DNA from: Octopus sinensis
Lineage: Eukaryota
Length of the DNA stretch: 64,000 nucleotides
Assembly (NCBI RefSeq): GCF_006345805.1
Contig: NC_043008.1
Span: 28,086,001-28,150,000, forward strand
Reading direction: 5' to 3'
Below the pieces are notes generated by a model. That model was not told the origin of the DNA and ran no database searches. It saw nothing but the letters and a program-made list of their open reading frames with translations. Positions within the stretch are counted from its first letter, which is position 1. Every line of letters starts with the position of its first letter. Both the position numbers and the translations under genes were made by a program. This document shows, one piece after another, positions 27,701 to 41,629 of the stretch.

Positions 27701-28848
27701 ATCATTATCAATATTCTTTGTCCTAGTTCGCATTTACTACTAGTATACTCGCAATCACTGTTATTTGGATTTTTTGCATTCTCCGTTCCACTGATATCAC
27801 GTTTAGACTCTGGAATTAAATGCGGCGTTCCAATTCGATTTTGTAGTTTGTGCTATACTAAATGTAGTCTCGTGAGCTTTAAGTGATAATTACATTTTAA
27901 TGTCTGTTATATACAGTTTTTTCAGTCCGCTTTGTTTATGCATTTATCTACGACTAATACAGATGAAAATTTTAGGTAAGGTTGATCTCCAAGTGTAATG
28001 TGATCAGTTTGAATATGCTAATATCATATAAAGGGTCTGTAAATTTTGTCTACAAACGTTATATTGTCTTATATTCAATAGCGGAAATAAACCTTTAGAA
28101 TTTATTGCTAATGCATTTTTTTCAGTCGTACTCACCATGACTTGTTTTAGAGTTGGGATTTTGTAATTAAACATTTGTCGTTTTGTAAATATTCATTATT
28201 TGAATTTCCACTTGCGGGTTTCCTGTCATCTTTTTTCTGTACCATAGTATGCGTTAATATATGTTTTCATAGAAAAAACTAATTTTAATCGAGAGGAATA
28301 CTTAGTGTGAATAAGTAAACTTAATGTGATTAAGTATACCAAAACTGAACACAATTTTTCTCTCAGTTTTACCCTGTCTCTTAAAACGTAGTGATCTAAA
28401 TATCACACATCTTTGTCGCACCGTCATTTTCTAAGACATTTAAAAAAATATATCTCATGATATAACTTCGGTGGAAAAAGCAAAATTTTCTTTTCACCAG
28501 AAACAAGTATGCAATCAGAATGTCAGTGTTTGTCGTCTTTGACAGAGATGATTAATACGGCGCTAAGAATGACGAACACAGCATTAGTATAAAGTATCGT
28601 AAGATCTTTGCCGATCAAGTTTCTGTTCCTATGCTTAATGAAATTCAGTAAACGCGCTTCCCATTTATCTGTCTGAGAGACGTTTTTGAGTATGCATGCT
28701 GCCCTTGTGTGGTAAATCTACTGGTTGCATTTATAGTGTGACATCATGAGTTACCGTATGCTGGAACATCTGTAACAGATGACATAATGAGTGACAAATT
28801 CAGTTGAAGCTCATGTTTTTCTCTCATTATATATACATACACACAGAC

Positions 28849-28885
<37 letters not shown>

Positions 28886-29036
28886 GTGTGTGTGTGTGTG
28901 TTGTGTGTGTGTGTGTGTGTGTACGTGTGTGTCTATATATTGCTGTGTGAAGGTAGAGAAAAGAGACAGGCAGAAACAGAACATGAGGCCATGACAAGTA
29001 TATTCATTGAATTATCAACACTACAGTGTACGTTTT

Positions 29037-29077
<41 letters not shown>

Positions 29078-29865
29078 GATGTTAGCTTATAACTGTTGCA
29101 ATTATGTGTTGCTAATTGAAAGGAAACATAACGCAAATGATATTTCGATATATTTAGTGTAGTTAATGTATAAAGGCGAAAGCAATAACAATAAAACAAA
29201 TGATGACAACTCAACGTATTATATGTTCTGATATTTATTAACATGCTATCGATCAAACAATTAAATACGTATTGTCTGTCGCCGGTTACGAATTATGTAC
29301 ACATCGATTAGTTGTGTGATATCTGCACAAGATGTTAGATGCTATAATTTAGGTTGTAGAAAATCACGATTTGCTAACATTGAACGAAATTGAACCAACT
29401 ACAAGAATTATTCGCATATCATTTTGTATATTATTGGTATAATTCATAAAGATGATTGGTAATAACTGAGGAACTTGCAATTCTACAAATGAATATGAGA
29501 TACTAGGTAATTGTCAGAGAAATGTAATAATAAATATCACGTGGTTTTATAAATTAATATGGAGCATTGACATTAGAATTCCTATTGTTAATGTTAACCA
29601 CTAGGTAATCTGTGACCAGATATATTACGTGACAAAGATACAATCTTCAGAAGACCTCTTTGTTCAGAACATATAGTACTTCATTTACAAAGGTGATTAG
29701 TAAGCATATACAAAGTAATCAGAAGACTCTGTATATAAATGGAAATTTCATTTTGGACAAACTTTATAGTGTGTAGATAAATTCTATGAAACACAAATTC
29801 TGAGAGGTATTACTTATAAGGTTATCGGAATTAAACGTTGTAATTTTACAGTATGTGAATTATTA

Positions 29866-30000
29866 ACACCATAGTCGAACGAATCGACGACAATACATTT
29901 TTTCAGGCTTAGTACATATTCTGCCGGTTTCCTTTGCCGTACCGCAAAGTAACGAGGACGTAAATACATGAACATCGGTGGTCAATCAGTGATGGAACAC
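29866..30000 (-). mobile_element. OR-like SINE tail fragment
   Basis: cttagtacatattct..ctttgccgtaccgcaaagtaacgaggacgtaaatac matches the reverse complement of the OR-like tail. Confidence 0.6.
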
Positions 30001-30069
30001 ACACAAACACATACATACACATTTCTATATACACATACATATATATTCACACACTCACACACACACACG

Positions 30070-30172
<103 letters not shown>

Positions 30173-30579
30173 TAGATAGATAGATATAGATATAATATAT
30201 CAGGAAAATAGGACAAGATAGAAAATTCTAGTGTAATACTCTCATGGAGAACATTTTAGTGCCGGTTTTAGACTTTGCGACTTTTTTCAAATTAGATTAC
30301 AGCATGTGAAACAATTTATTTGTGGAAAAATTAAATGTTTTTTTTCTTAATTCATGGGACATTTCAAATACATGTGATATTTCCCGTTTTTCTGTCTCCA
30401 GATGGAATTTTCTGGACAGCAGATGAAATTAATTTATCCACACTATACATCTGTAATCACAAAATATTTCTATTCGAATTTATATACCATAGATAACAAG
30501 CCTTTGTACCCATTCTACACATCACTTTTCTTGGTTAATGGAATTGCATCTGCAACAGTCAGCAAATATTTCTTTTATT

Positions 30580-30790
30580 TTTAGTTCTTCTATTTCCATT
30601 TATATTTCCTATATCTCTCCCTTTCCAAAATATCTTTTTATATTATAACTTCCATTTAAATTTCTGATATCATCTCTGATGAAGGGATATGCATCATATC
30701 CCTGAAACGGCCGTAATACTACCGTTCTTTTTGTAAATGTCCTAGAACTTCAACACTGCCTTGGCTTCGTTGTCTCATTTTATTCATTAT
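30580..30790 (+). repeat. PLE pLTR-like remnant with minimal HHR (copy 2)
   Basis: CTGATGA(30676) agggatatg-cat-catatccct GAAA cggccg TA: perfect 9-bp stem II and loopless palindromic stem III; stem I eroded. Confidence 0.7.
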
Positions 30791-30925
30791 ATACATGCTC
30801 ACACATGACCCGCATTAGATTCGTTATTCATACTACCATTGAACTGGGAGTCTAACTAAAGACCGTCCGTAGCACATACATAGCCTTACCTGCCGTTTTG
30901 GTTCTTCCGGATACTAACACCTCTC

Positions 30926-30959
<34 letters not shown>

Positions 30960-31429
30960 CGGTGGAGAATTCACGAAAAAATAGCAAAAGACGAAGACCG
31001 GTGGTGTAGAAAACAAACAGATGTATTAGTATAACGCTTAGGAATTAAAAAATATATATTTAATGTTTCGAATCTACGCTCTTCTACAGAAAGGAACATA
31101 GAAAGAAACAAGGGGAGAAAGTAATGTGTAGTGGCTAGCGATCTATCAAGGCGAAGGCCGGACAGAAGGGTCACACAGGAAAGCTAAGAAGTAGGGGAGA
31201 TAACAAAGAAGTAGTGATCCCAAAACGAAGGTACGCGTATGTGTAAGCGAGTATGTATATGCATGTGAAAGAGGGCTGGTGATCTTGACGTGTGCGCAAG
31301 TGTATGTGTAGGAGTGAAAATGCGAGAATGGGGAAATACGGGTGGGGCGTGGGTTAGACTGAGGTCTGGGGTTGAGGTAGGCTATGTGGGTAGGCAGAGT
31401 GTGGGTGTAGAGGTATATAATATATATAC

Positions 31430-31472
<43 letters not shown>

Positions 31473-32049
31473 TATATATATTATAACTAAAGTACGTGAA
31501 AAGATTTCTCAGATTGAGTAGAAACGCACACAAAGATCATTAATGTCCTCAGTTGAAAATACATGGGTTTTGTCAAAGTCAGATAAAGAATATATAAACC
31601 ATTTCGTCTTTAAGCACTTATTTAAAATATGTACGCGATAAACGACTGTAGATGAAATAATTTACTAAATATATTTTTAGAATAAAACTTTGAGAGACTA
31701 GAACAAAGTGCTAACTCTAATAGTGGAAGGAGGAAATTAACTGGAATGTAGAACATTAAATTACGAAAGATAAACGAAGCGATTAAGAGCCAAATTTATT
31801 TATTTAATAAGACCATAGCTGTAGATACAGTAGTCATTGTTCATCATCTCTAAACATTCAACGCAATAATATAGCCGTTAAGAAAATTGAGACTTGTAAA
31901 CGAATGTGTCAACAGAACTTCTAAGCATTTCTTGATGATACAACATCTAAGATGATAAGCACACACGCGCGCACAGACACACATTTAATACAAGGAATTG
32001 TGCGTGTCCCTTTACCTTTCCTTGTGTGCTGTGCCGTGCTCTAACAGTG

Positions 32050-33000
32050 TTGCAGTACCTGAATCTCAATGGTGAAGAAGCTTTCATCCTGTTGGTCAAA
32101 AATATAACCACTACTAGTTACGACATCATGTCACCTTTATACTGCTTCTCAGCCATGTATCTGCTCATTTTGGGGAACAGGTGATAATCAGAAGTAGCAA
32201 CATCAGGCGAATAGTTAGGGTAGTCAGGCGGCTCACAGATGCAGTTACACACAAAAGGTTGTGAAATCTAGGTCTTGTGAGCTGGCGCTTTTTTCCGATG
32301 AAACAGGGTCTTATTAGTCAGTTTCTATGGACATTTGTTTTCTATTTCCTTTTCTTCGCCCCTCAGCATATTGGTATATTACTCTTTATTGATTGTTTTG
32401 CCTTTTAAGGATTGTCAATAATCAAAATGCCTTTTGCATTCAAAAGCCATCACGAAGCCATCAACTTACGCGCAGATAAAACAACTTTGGCCTGTCTTGC
32501 AGCAGGTGAGGAAGAGTATTTCCACTGCGTGATTTGTCTGTGTGTCTGCGATTCAAAGTGATGAAGCCCATACATTCTGGCGGAGGGAATGTTGAAGGAA
32601 CCGAGCTGGAGCTGCCTTACAAAACGACAGATATTGCCTACATGGAATCCAAGTCAAAAAATGAGGCGTAGCATTCACTGAACAGAAACATTCGTTTTGC
32701 CAAATCCAGTGTGCATGATATTCTCACCTCACACACAGGATATGCTAATAGCATTGGGTATTTCATTTATACTTCATCACTTGTCATCAAAGATCATGTG
32801 GTGAAAAACGATCAAAATGTTTCTCGTCGGGTCGTCCAGACATTGTATCATCTTCAAAACTCTCACTTTTCCTCCTAAATTCTCGTGCCTACATTTGGCT
32901 ATTATTAAAGCTGACGCGTTATCTATTTATCTAAGGACCATATCAGAATGAATTACCTTTGCAGTTAAGCCCTTTTCCCTGCAGGTACTCGACAATACAA
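32050..33000 (-). pseudogene. Decayed mariner-type transposase
   Basis: SFEDDTMSGRP, GKTINKE*Y, FHRKKAPAH and YSPDVATSDYHLFP (YSPDLAPSDYHLF motif) in order. Confidence 0.8.
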
Positions 33001-33755
33001 TGATGCCAGATTTTGTCCAATTTTTAGAGACTTCTTTACTGTTTAATTTTGAAGTCTTCTTTAACTGTCAAATGTCAGTTTTCCTGGAACGTTTTTAGCT
33101 TTGTAGCCGAACTTACTTTAAATGATGTTCAAAACTTATGTGCTCATAGCTGAATCAAACTCCTTATATGGGTCTGCATGTGATTAATCTAAATCTATCC
33201 TTAGATACAGTGACAATACCGGAAATATTGAAATATTTACATTTAAGTTTCTAAATAATCATAATATGATAAAGCAAAATGGATTTTATTTTTGAGAAGC
33301 AACACAAAATTACTGAGAAATATATCTCCAACACAAGAAAACAAATATCACGTCCTCTAGCGTTATCAAAAATATATTAACAAATGTTATTTCCTCTTAA
33401 ATCTTACTATCTGTAAAGATCCCACGTTTGTTTGTTTGTGTGCATACTGATACAGAGACAAAAGCACGCGTGCACACAGACAAAAGATATATTTATTCAT
33501 ATAATTCGAAAACCAAACTCCTATCATTACCAAGCATAATATAACAAATTACACGATGTCTGTATTCTTTTTGACGTTAACAAAATTTATACAAACTCAA
33601 ATCCAATCTAGTTTCACGTAAGGAAAGCCTGCAGCATACCTATCAGAAATAAGGAAATGTATCTCACCCACCTCCACTCGTTCGCTATATATACACGCAC
33701 ACACGCACACACACACACACGCACACACACGCACACACACACATACACACACACT

Positions 33756-33793
<38 letters not shown>

Positions 33794-36548
33794 TAGATAT
33801 ATATACATACATACATACATACATATATACATATATGTATATATACATGAGCATTTGATAACATGGAAACAATAACATTGATGATGTTTATAGTTAGATT
33901 TTAATGAATTTATGTTGGAAAATTTGATAATATCATCAATCGATATATGATCTCATTTTATATAATGTATTTCGTTGACTTCTACCAGTGCGCTCTCAGC
34001 ATTTATTCCTATATCCAAATTTCAAAGAAACTATGTCAGCAGCGTTTTATATATTTACATTTTACGCGAAACAATTTCGCTATATGCAATGTAATTTCTG
34101 GGTTTTCAAAATCACAGAAAAGTTTTGCATTTGAAAGAGGGCAGAAACATATATTTCTCTCGCAATATATGTACCATTTTCTGACTCGCACGCGATAAAA
34201 TATTTTAATTATTTCTTGTACACAAAATATTTGATGTTTATCTATTACATATTTATGTAATATTGCACAAAAAGTCAGGCAATCAATCACTTCGACAGCA
34301 ATGGGTAATCCATTTGTCATCCTTAAACATATATCCATACTATTTCTCGTTTTAGTAACGGTTGTAGCTACAAATTATATTTAATATTCTATTGGTACTT
34401 TATTTATGCAATGTATTCGTGAGTAACTGGAGAACGTCTTATGATATTTACTTGCATTATATTCATATAACAACGATAATCTAGTACAGTGGTTTGAAAC
34501 TAGACCTACCAAATATTTAGACAATGATTAAAACTGATATCTCATTTCCGAAATGAAAATCAATTACGCAATACATTAAGGGTATTTTAACCTGAAATAA
34601 AACAAGAATCCCAATGCTTTATTCCTAGGCTCCAAGCCACTGCATTTCTTAGAGTAAGGCCTATTACAAGGAATCAGTTCAATATGATGTTTGTACCAGT
34701 TTGTAAGACGTAGGTTGCTTCGTATCGCATAAAACTCTTTCACAAGAGAACATTGTTTATTTGAGTATTAATGTGAATGCAATAACAGGCATAAGCTGAA
34801 GATGTTTGGCTACATATAATTAAGACAAATTGCGAAGCATTTGCAAGAAATCAACCTGGAGTTTGTAGTTAACATATGCAATTTGAACTTGATTACGCAA
34901 TATATTTTCTGCGTCTGTCACTATTTGTCGGGAGGGCAGCCTTCCAATCGAAATCGGTTACTTTCACAATGGCAAAATGTTAGAATTACGGAAGTATGTC
35001 GTATTGCTTGGCATTTGTTCTTTCATTTGTTCTTTTATTTAATTGCAAACCGAACTATTCTCCGAATACAGCAGATAATGTAATTGACGCGTTTCTATTC
35101 TTCACTCATTTTTGTTAATGTATAGGAATCTACGATTGTGGCATGATCCTTATAGGGACAGTGTCACCTCTTTCACGGTTTATGCTGTTTACGAAATTAT
35201 AAGACGAAGCTTCCATTCTCTACTGTCTGTTATTGCTCTGTTTGTGCAGTGCCGTTACTTAGAATGTGTTGGGTGAATTTCAGTACGTCACATTTTCTTT
35301 TCCCACACAAATCTTATATTTACATCGTATAAAAATTCATGAATATATATTGGAATCGGTACGGAAAGCTGGAGTTAGGTGAAAGAAAATATACACAGAT
35401 TAGCTAATTATTTCCCACTCAGATTCTCCTCTCAGATTCTCTTATTTATTGCAGCACACCTTCAGATTTTCGAAGCCCTCTAAAAGACCTTTGAAGTTTC
35501 GGCCCCAGCCTTACAGCCAGGAACTCTTCTGCACCCCGTCATGTGAATCAGGGACGAACACTAGCACAAATATGTATGTATATTGTTACACAGATGAAAA
35601 AATATTAGATATAACCGAGAAATAAGAAATTTATTTTCTGAAAATCATAATACATAGAATGTGGCACCTCATTGGAAATGCCAATTAATCCGAGTAATGG
35701 AATAAGGAATAGCCTTCTTTATTTAGCAAACAGTTTGTTTGATAACTGGTGATTTAAATGAACATTTGAATGTAATCTATAAATCTGCTTTAAATGCAAA
35801 TACTAAACTTGTTATCGATGGGAAAATGAATATCAACAAATGTAAATGTTGAAATGAACATGCACGTTGCTACCAGGAATATTACAATCCAAGGGAACAC
35901 ACACACACACACACACACACACCACACACACACACACAGGTGTGAGTGTGCGCATGCTTTGCGCGTGTCCACTGTGCGTAGCATAAATATATATGTGTGT
36001 GTATATGAATATTTTTACGTACGTATCCATGTATGTATATATGAGTGTATGTGTCTGCATGTGTGTGCGCATGTGTATATGCATGTGTATCTGTGTAAAT
36101 ACATATAGGTATATAGTAATTGTCGAGTATTATCATAAGTAGAACTTCAAAAACAAAATCATTTGAAGGAATGCAAATAGATTTTGATTCAAACTACTTA
36201 TATATATACTTTATCAATAGTACAAACTTATATCTATGTGTATATGTATGCATACTTATAAAATATATCATTTCATATATTCCCATATCTAATATTCATA
36301 TTAGAAAGATTTTGTTATTTATAATATTTTGTAAATTTCTTCTATATTTTTGCGGCGTTCGGTATATCTCCGTATGTGTTTTCACAAGATTTCCTATTGA
36401 AGAGTGTCTTGTTTCTGAATTGTTTGTTTCTAAGTGCATTGCTTATAATAGCATTTTCCTTTGGCTATTTCTCTGCTCGCAATACTAAGATGACCAAAGT
36501 ATCTATATTAGAGCTTTGTGTTTGATAGAAAATAAGATGTTTGCATAC

Positions 36549-36770
<222 letters not shown>

Positions 36771-38133
36771 ACATATTTAATACATACATACATCATTAGG
36801 TATGCGTGTATGTATATGATCATTTGATATCTCCATATATGTATATTTATACACAGTTATTTGTGTACGTTACTAAGTTTATGTGTGCGTGCACGTGTTT
36901 ATTATATATCTTTAAACACATGAAACTGCGCGCACATATACTCACAAACACACACACGAACACATTTTTCGTAGATTTTTCGAACATATTCTATCGTTCT
37001 TTCGTAAAGAACAAAGCAATTTATTTATCATCAAATAGTTTTCCTATCCAAAATATTCACAGAAAACCTTAATAGAACATAATGTATGTTTTGTTCTACA
37101 AATGTTTTACGTTATGCTACTACCTTATCGGAAATTTAACTTAATTATTCTTAAATCGCCTCAAAGGAGTTTTAAATATACCTGTGCCTTTTGCTAGATG
37201 ATGTTTGAATTATTTGTTTAGTTGAATTATTTTCTGGATTTGCTACATAATATTTCAATTCCGTTGTAGATATACTGAAGTTTGTCCTCATTGTATCGAG
37301 AATCTTTCTAGTATTCGGAGCTGTTGTGCCCATATAATCCAAACCTTGGAACTCTGTTGCAGAGTTTACTCCACTAAACGAGAAATGCCTTTCATTTATA
37401 TCTAATGCAAATGAAAAATTTAATTATTCGTCGCATTCTCCCTTCATTTCTAATATGGTTTTTTTTTAAGAGATAAAAATCATTGGGTAATCAATTGATC
37501 ACATACAAAGCGTTAACAATTATTATACACACTATGCGTGCAGTATGAAATATCCCACAAACATTTGATTACAAGAACAAAGCAAATGTTTCTTTTGCTT
37601 CATTCGTGTTTCTTAAAGAAATACCCGTACTCATATAAGCCATTGGCTCATTTCCTTCTGCCGTATTTGCTAGATGACAGCTCCCTAAAAACGATGCGCA
37701 AAGAAGTAAATATTTCCAGTGTCATTCAGTAACTTAAACTTTCTAACGTATTGGATGTGCCAAGTTGGAAATAGAGGAAAGGTAGCCGCAAACATGGCGA
37801 TGACAATTTGAAATGAACTTCTCAGTTATAGGTACCAGAAATATATCTTATGACTATACTGTAGAAATAGATATGAAATGAGATTGAGAAACTAAATGGT
37901 GGAACCCCGATTTTGATGATTGAGTCTGGGGTACTTTCAAGGGTTATGGAAATGTTCAGTCCAACTTCTGCAGCAAAATATGAAATGGAAACGGATTTCG
38001 CATTATATATATATATATATATATATATAGCCGAAATTGCAAGGATGATCCGGTTCTTGACTGAAGATTGTTTTTTGTATCGTCTTCTAAATCTTTTACG
38101 TTCTTGTCCCAGTTTGTATTTTTCTACATAATA

Positions 38134-38221
<88 letters not shown>

Positions 38222-38414
38222 TCACAATCAAGGAACGGCCATAATAGGCCATTCACCCACTAGAAATAACAGCCAAAGCTTCAACCGCAAAATAACATTA
38301 ATTCCGCAAACCAGGAGAAAACCATCGCGAGTGCGATGATTTGAAAATTTTAGGTCAGATATTGCCGAGGCAGGGACAGAAGTGCCTCGTGAAAATATCT
38401 GTTCCGATCTGGCT

Positions 38415-38521
38415 ATTTCTTACTGACGAATCTAAGGGCCTATGGAAGATTGGCTTGATTTAATTTAATCAGGTTAGTTTACCATTAAACAATAGATGAA
38501 ACGGTGCATCGTATAAGAAAT
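38415..38521 (+). ncRNA. Type I hammerhead ribozyme, family B copy 1
   Basis: atttctta CTGACGA(38423) atcta [58-nt insert] tagat GAAA(38498) cggtgcatcg TA taagaaat: 8-bp stem I, GUA triplet, cleavage after 38513. Confidence 0.9.
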
Positions 38522-38902
38522 TACAGGGTAAATGTTTTTTTAATTTTCTCCTGGTTTGCGGAATTAATGTTATTTTGCGGTTGAAGCTTTGGCTGTTATT
38601 TCTAGTGGGTGAATGGCCTATTATGGTCGTTCCTTGATTGTGATGTTGAACTTATAAATGGTCTATGACTATTTAATTTTTTCCTACTAGGCCGCTGGTG
38701 GCAAAAAAATTCTACAAAATTTTTTGCCACCCTATATTGATTAATTATGAATTTTCTGGTTAATTCCGTAATGGAATCGGCGGCTTATATTTATTTGCTG
38801 CCGATAAATTTGGCGCGAGTGCGATGATTTGAAAATTTTAGGTCAGATATTGCCGAGGCAGGGACAGAAGTACCTCGTGAAAATATATGTTCCGATCTGG
38901 CT

Positions 38903-39009
38903 ATTTCTTACTGACGAATCTAAGGGCCTATGGAAGATTGGCTTGATTTAATTTAATCAGGTTAGTTTACCATTAAACAATAGATGAAACGGTGCATCGT
39001 ACAAGAAAT
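38903..39009 (+). ncRNA. Type I hammerhead ribozyme, family B copy 2
   Basis: Identical except the first stem I pair is A-C (caagaaat). Confidence 0.85.
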
Positions 39010-39252
39010 TACAGGGTAAATGTTTTTTTAATTTTCTCCTGGTTTGCGGAATTAATGTTATTTTGCGGTTGAAGCTTTGGCTGTTATTTCTAGTGGGTGA
39101 ATGGCCTATTATGGCCGTTCCTTGATTGTGATGTTGAACTTATAAATGGTCTATGACTATTTAATTTTTTCCCACTAGGCCGCTGGTGGCAAAAAAATTC
39201 TACAAAATTTTTTGCCACCCTATATTGATTAATATATATATATATATATTAA

Positions 39253-39301
<49 letters not shown>

Positions 39302-39312
39302 TCTTTGCATTT

Positions 39313-39640
39313 GTGTTTATGTCCCTGTAACTTAGTGGTACGGCAAAAGACACTCAAAGCAGTACGAGACTTAAATAACCAAAATTAACGGGATTGATTA
39401 AATAAACCAAAATTTCCTTAAGGATGAGCACCAGCATGGCAGAAGTCTAATGAATGAAACAAGTAAGAGATAACACTTTAAAAAAAAAAGGACGCGCCTG
39501 CGTGGCTGTGTGGTAAGAAGCATGCTCCCAGGTTCAATCCCACTGCGTGGCACTTTGGGCAGGTGCCTTCTACTATAGCCTCGGGCCGACCAATGCTATA
39601 TGAGTTGATTTGGTACACGATAACTGAAAGAAGCCTGTCA
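39313..39640 (+). mobile_element. OR-like SINE tail (39313-39475) followed by a separate OR-like head (39490-39640)
   Basis: gtttatgtccctgtaacttagtggtacggcaaaag and caggttcaatcccactgcgtggcac..tatagcctcgggccgacc. Confidence 0.7.
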
Positions 39641-41304
39641 TATTTATTACCTATTTTTTAGAATCTTTAATAACCTATCTAATAGCTACCATTTACTGTT
39701 TATTCTATTGATTTTCCATATTTGGTCCTATCACCAACTATATATACATACTATAAGTATAGTTTACTTTTACCTATCTCCTAACTCACTCACGATTATT
39801 TCATCTGTCTTCCAGCCTTTAATTAATTAAATAATTTATATTTTTTATTACGGAGATGTACTTCCGATAGCAAGTGACCTGATCTAAAATCGTATGCTGA
39901 AACAAAAACAATTGCAGCGTGGAAGGTGTTTATAAGCCATTTAAAAACAAAAAAAAACTTTAAATTCACTTCAACATTTTCTTCCCATCTCTTAGTTGAT
40001 TGCTTTAATATTTTTAGTTAAAAACCTACTTAAGTTATTTAACAAACTTTTTACTTCATATCTTGTATATGTCTCCTATGATTATAACCTGCACATTATT
40101 TATCTAGCCCCGTTTTTATTATTTATTTGCTCTTTTTCTAGTAACTTGACTGTTTTTTGTATTGATATTCTATATCTCAAGCATAATAATTCCTTTTATT
40201 ATTCTTCTGTATCCCCCTCTCTCCCTCTCACTCTCTCTCTCTCTCTCTCTCTCTACGTATTGCTATCTCATGTACAACACATTTTTAAAGGTTTTTATTA
40301 TTAAAATAATAACGTTTATTAGATTTGATAATGAATTATACTATAAGAACCTAACATTTAGCTCTTTTCTAATTCACTGTAAAATACACATGATTACATT
40401 TACCGGGTCTCAATTTGTATGTCCCTAATTTAGATTGTTCCTAGTTTTGCATTAGTTCTTCATCTCTAAATTAATTGTACTACATGAACCACACCTGAAG
40501 CTATATTCTTACTCACTGTAAAAAAATTCATATATATATTTCTATGTGGTTTCGCTTTGGTATGTCCCTAATTTAGATTAATCGCAGCTGCTCCTTAGCG
40601 CTTCACCTCTATATCACTATTTATTTCCGGTTTTGAGGGCATTAGATTTAACTATTTAAATAATTTCATTAATACGCTTCAGTTTACCTTTTGGAATTGA
40701 CCCATTTTAAGCCCTTATTTACTCCCTTTCATTCTTATTTATTTATATTAAACACAATGTCTCTTTACTTCAGCCCCTTAACAAATTATACATCCGGTTT
40801 CTCACCAAGAGTACGCTGCATATCTGAAATTTTAATTTTTTGTCCAATAGTTACTTATCAATATTAGTCTAGCTCAATGATAAATTTTAAGGGGTGAAAG
40901 GCCATATTTTATAAGTCTTTTTCCATTTATTTATTTTTAGTCTATATTTTAATTTTTACTCTGCGTTGTTTTATTTGTTTTATTTCATTCTTGATTTTAT
41001 TTTAAAATTTGATGTACCCTAGCATTAAGTTAACATATCTTATTAAGTCTTTGAACCATTTCGATATTTCATATAAGTAATAGATTGCAGGGAATGGCTT
41101 CCAGGTTTATTGAATATTAATAATAACTATGCACACTTGAATTAAACTCTACATACTACTAATTTTCTATTGATTTAATATGGTTAGGCATAATATTACA
41201 ATATATATATAAGTCCTGGGCTCGATTCCTTCGACTAAGACATTTTCGCAGTCAAATTACTAAAGCAAGTAAAAGAATATATATATATGTGTGTATGTAT
41301 ATAT

Positions 41305-41336
<32 letters not shown>

Positions 41337-41352
41337 ATATATATATATATAT

Positions 41353-41525
41353 AAAAGGAAATGAAGAAAATGCTGACAAATAATTGAAGTAATTTAAGTA
41401 ATTTAATTAGGTGAAAGTTCTTTTTACCGGTTGCGCATTTGTTATGCTTATCAAAATATAATTCACCTAATTAAATTACTTAAATTACTTCAATTATTTG
41501 TCAGCATTTTACTTCATTTCCTTTT
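41353..41525. repeat. Near-perfect inverted repeat (63/64-bp arms, 46-bp spacer)
   Basis: 41353-41415 vs 41462-41525 differ by one inserted base; (TA)n to the left. Confidence 0.9.
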
Positions 41526-41563
41526 TTATATATCACCACTCGTGTTCGACATCTCCTTTTTTT

Positions 41564-41600
<37 letters not shown>

Positions 41601-41629
41601 ATGTGTGTGATAAGATATAATGGGGCAGC

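Larger units (their letters stand above)
38220..39233 (+). mobile_element. HHR-bearing tandem repeat (putative retrozyme, family B) with inverted 5' segment
   Basis: 488-bp period (cgcgagtgcg at 38326 and 38814), about 1.85 units; 38220-38321 is the reverse complement of 39032-39133; (TA)n on both sides. Confidence 0.9.

Noticed and set aside
33947-34338. Overlapping ORFs as a possible host exon
   Set aside because: No recognisable motif or splice support; other frames full of stops.
38326-38813. Protein coding or rolling-circle ORF in the HHR repeat units
   Set aside because: No ORF of 60 aa or more in the track for family A or B units, and the sequence is AT-rich with frequent stops; translation across a circular junction was not computed.
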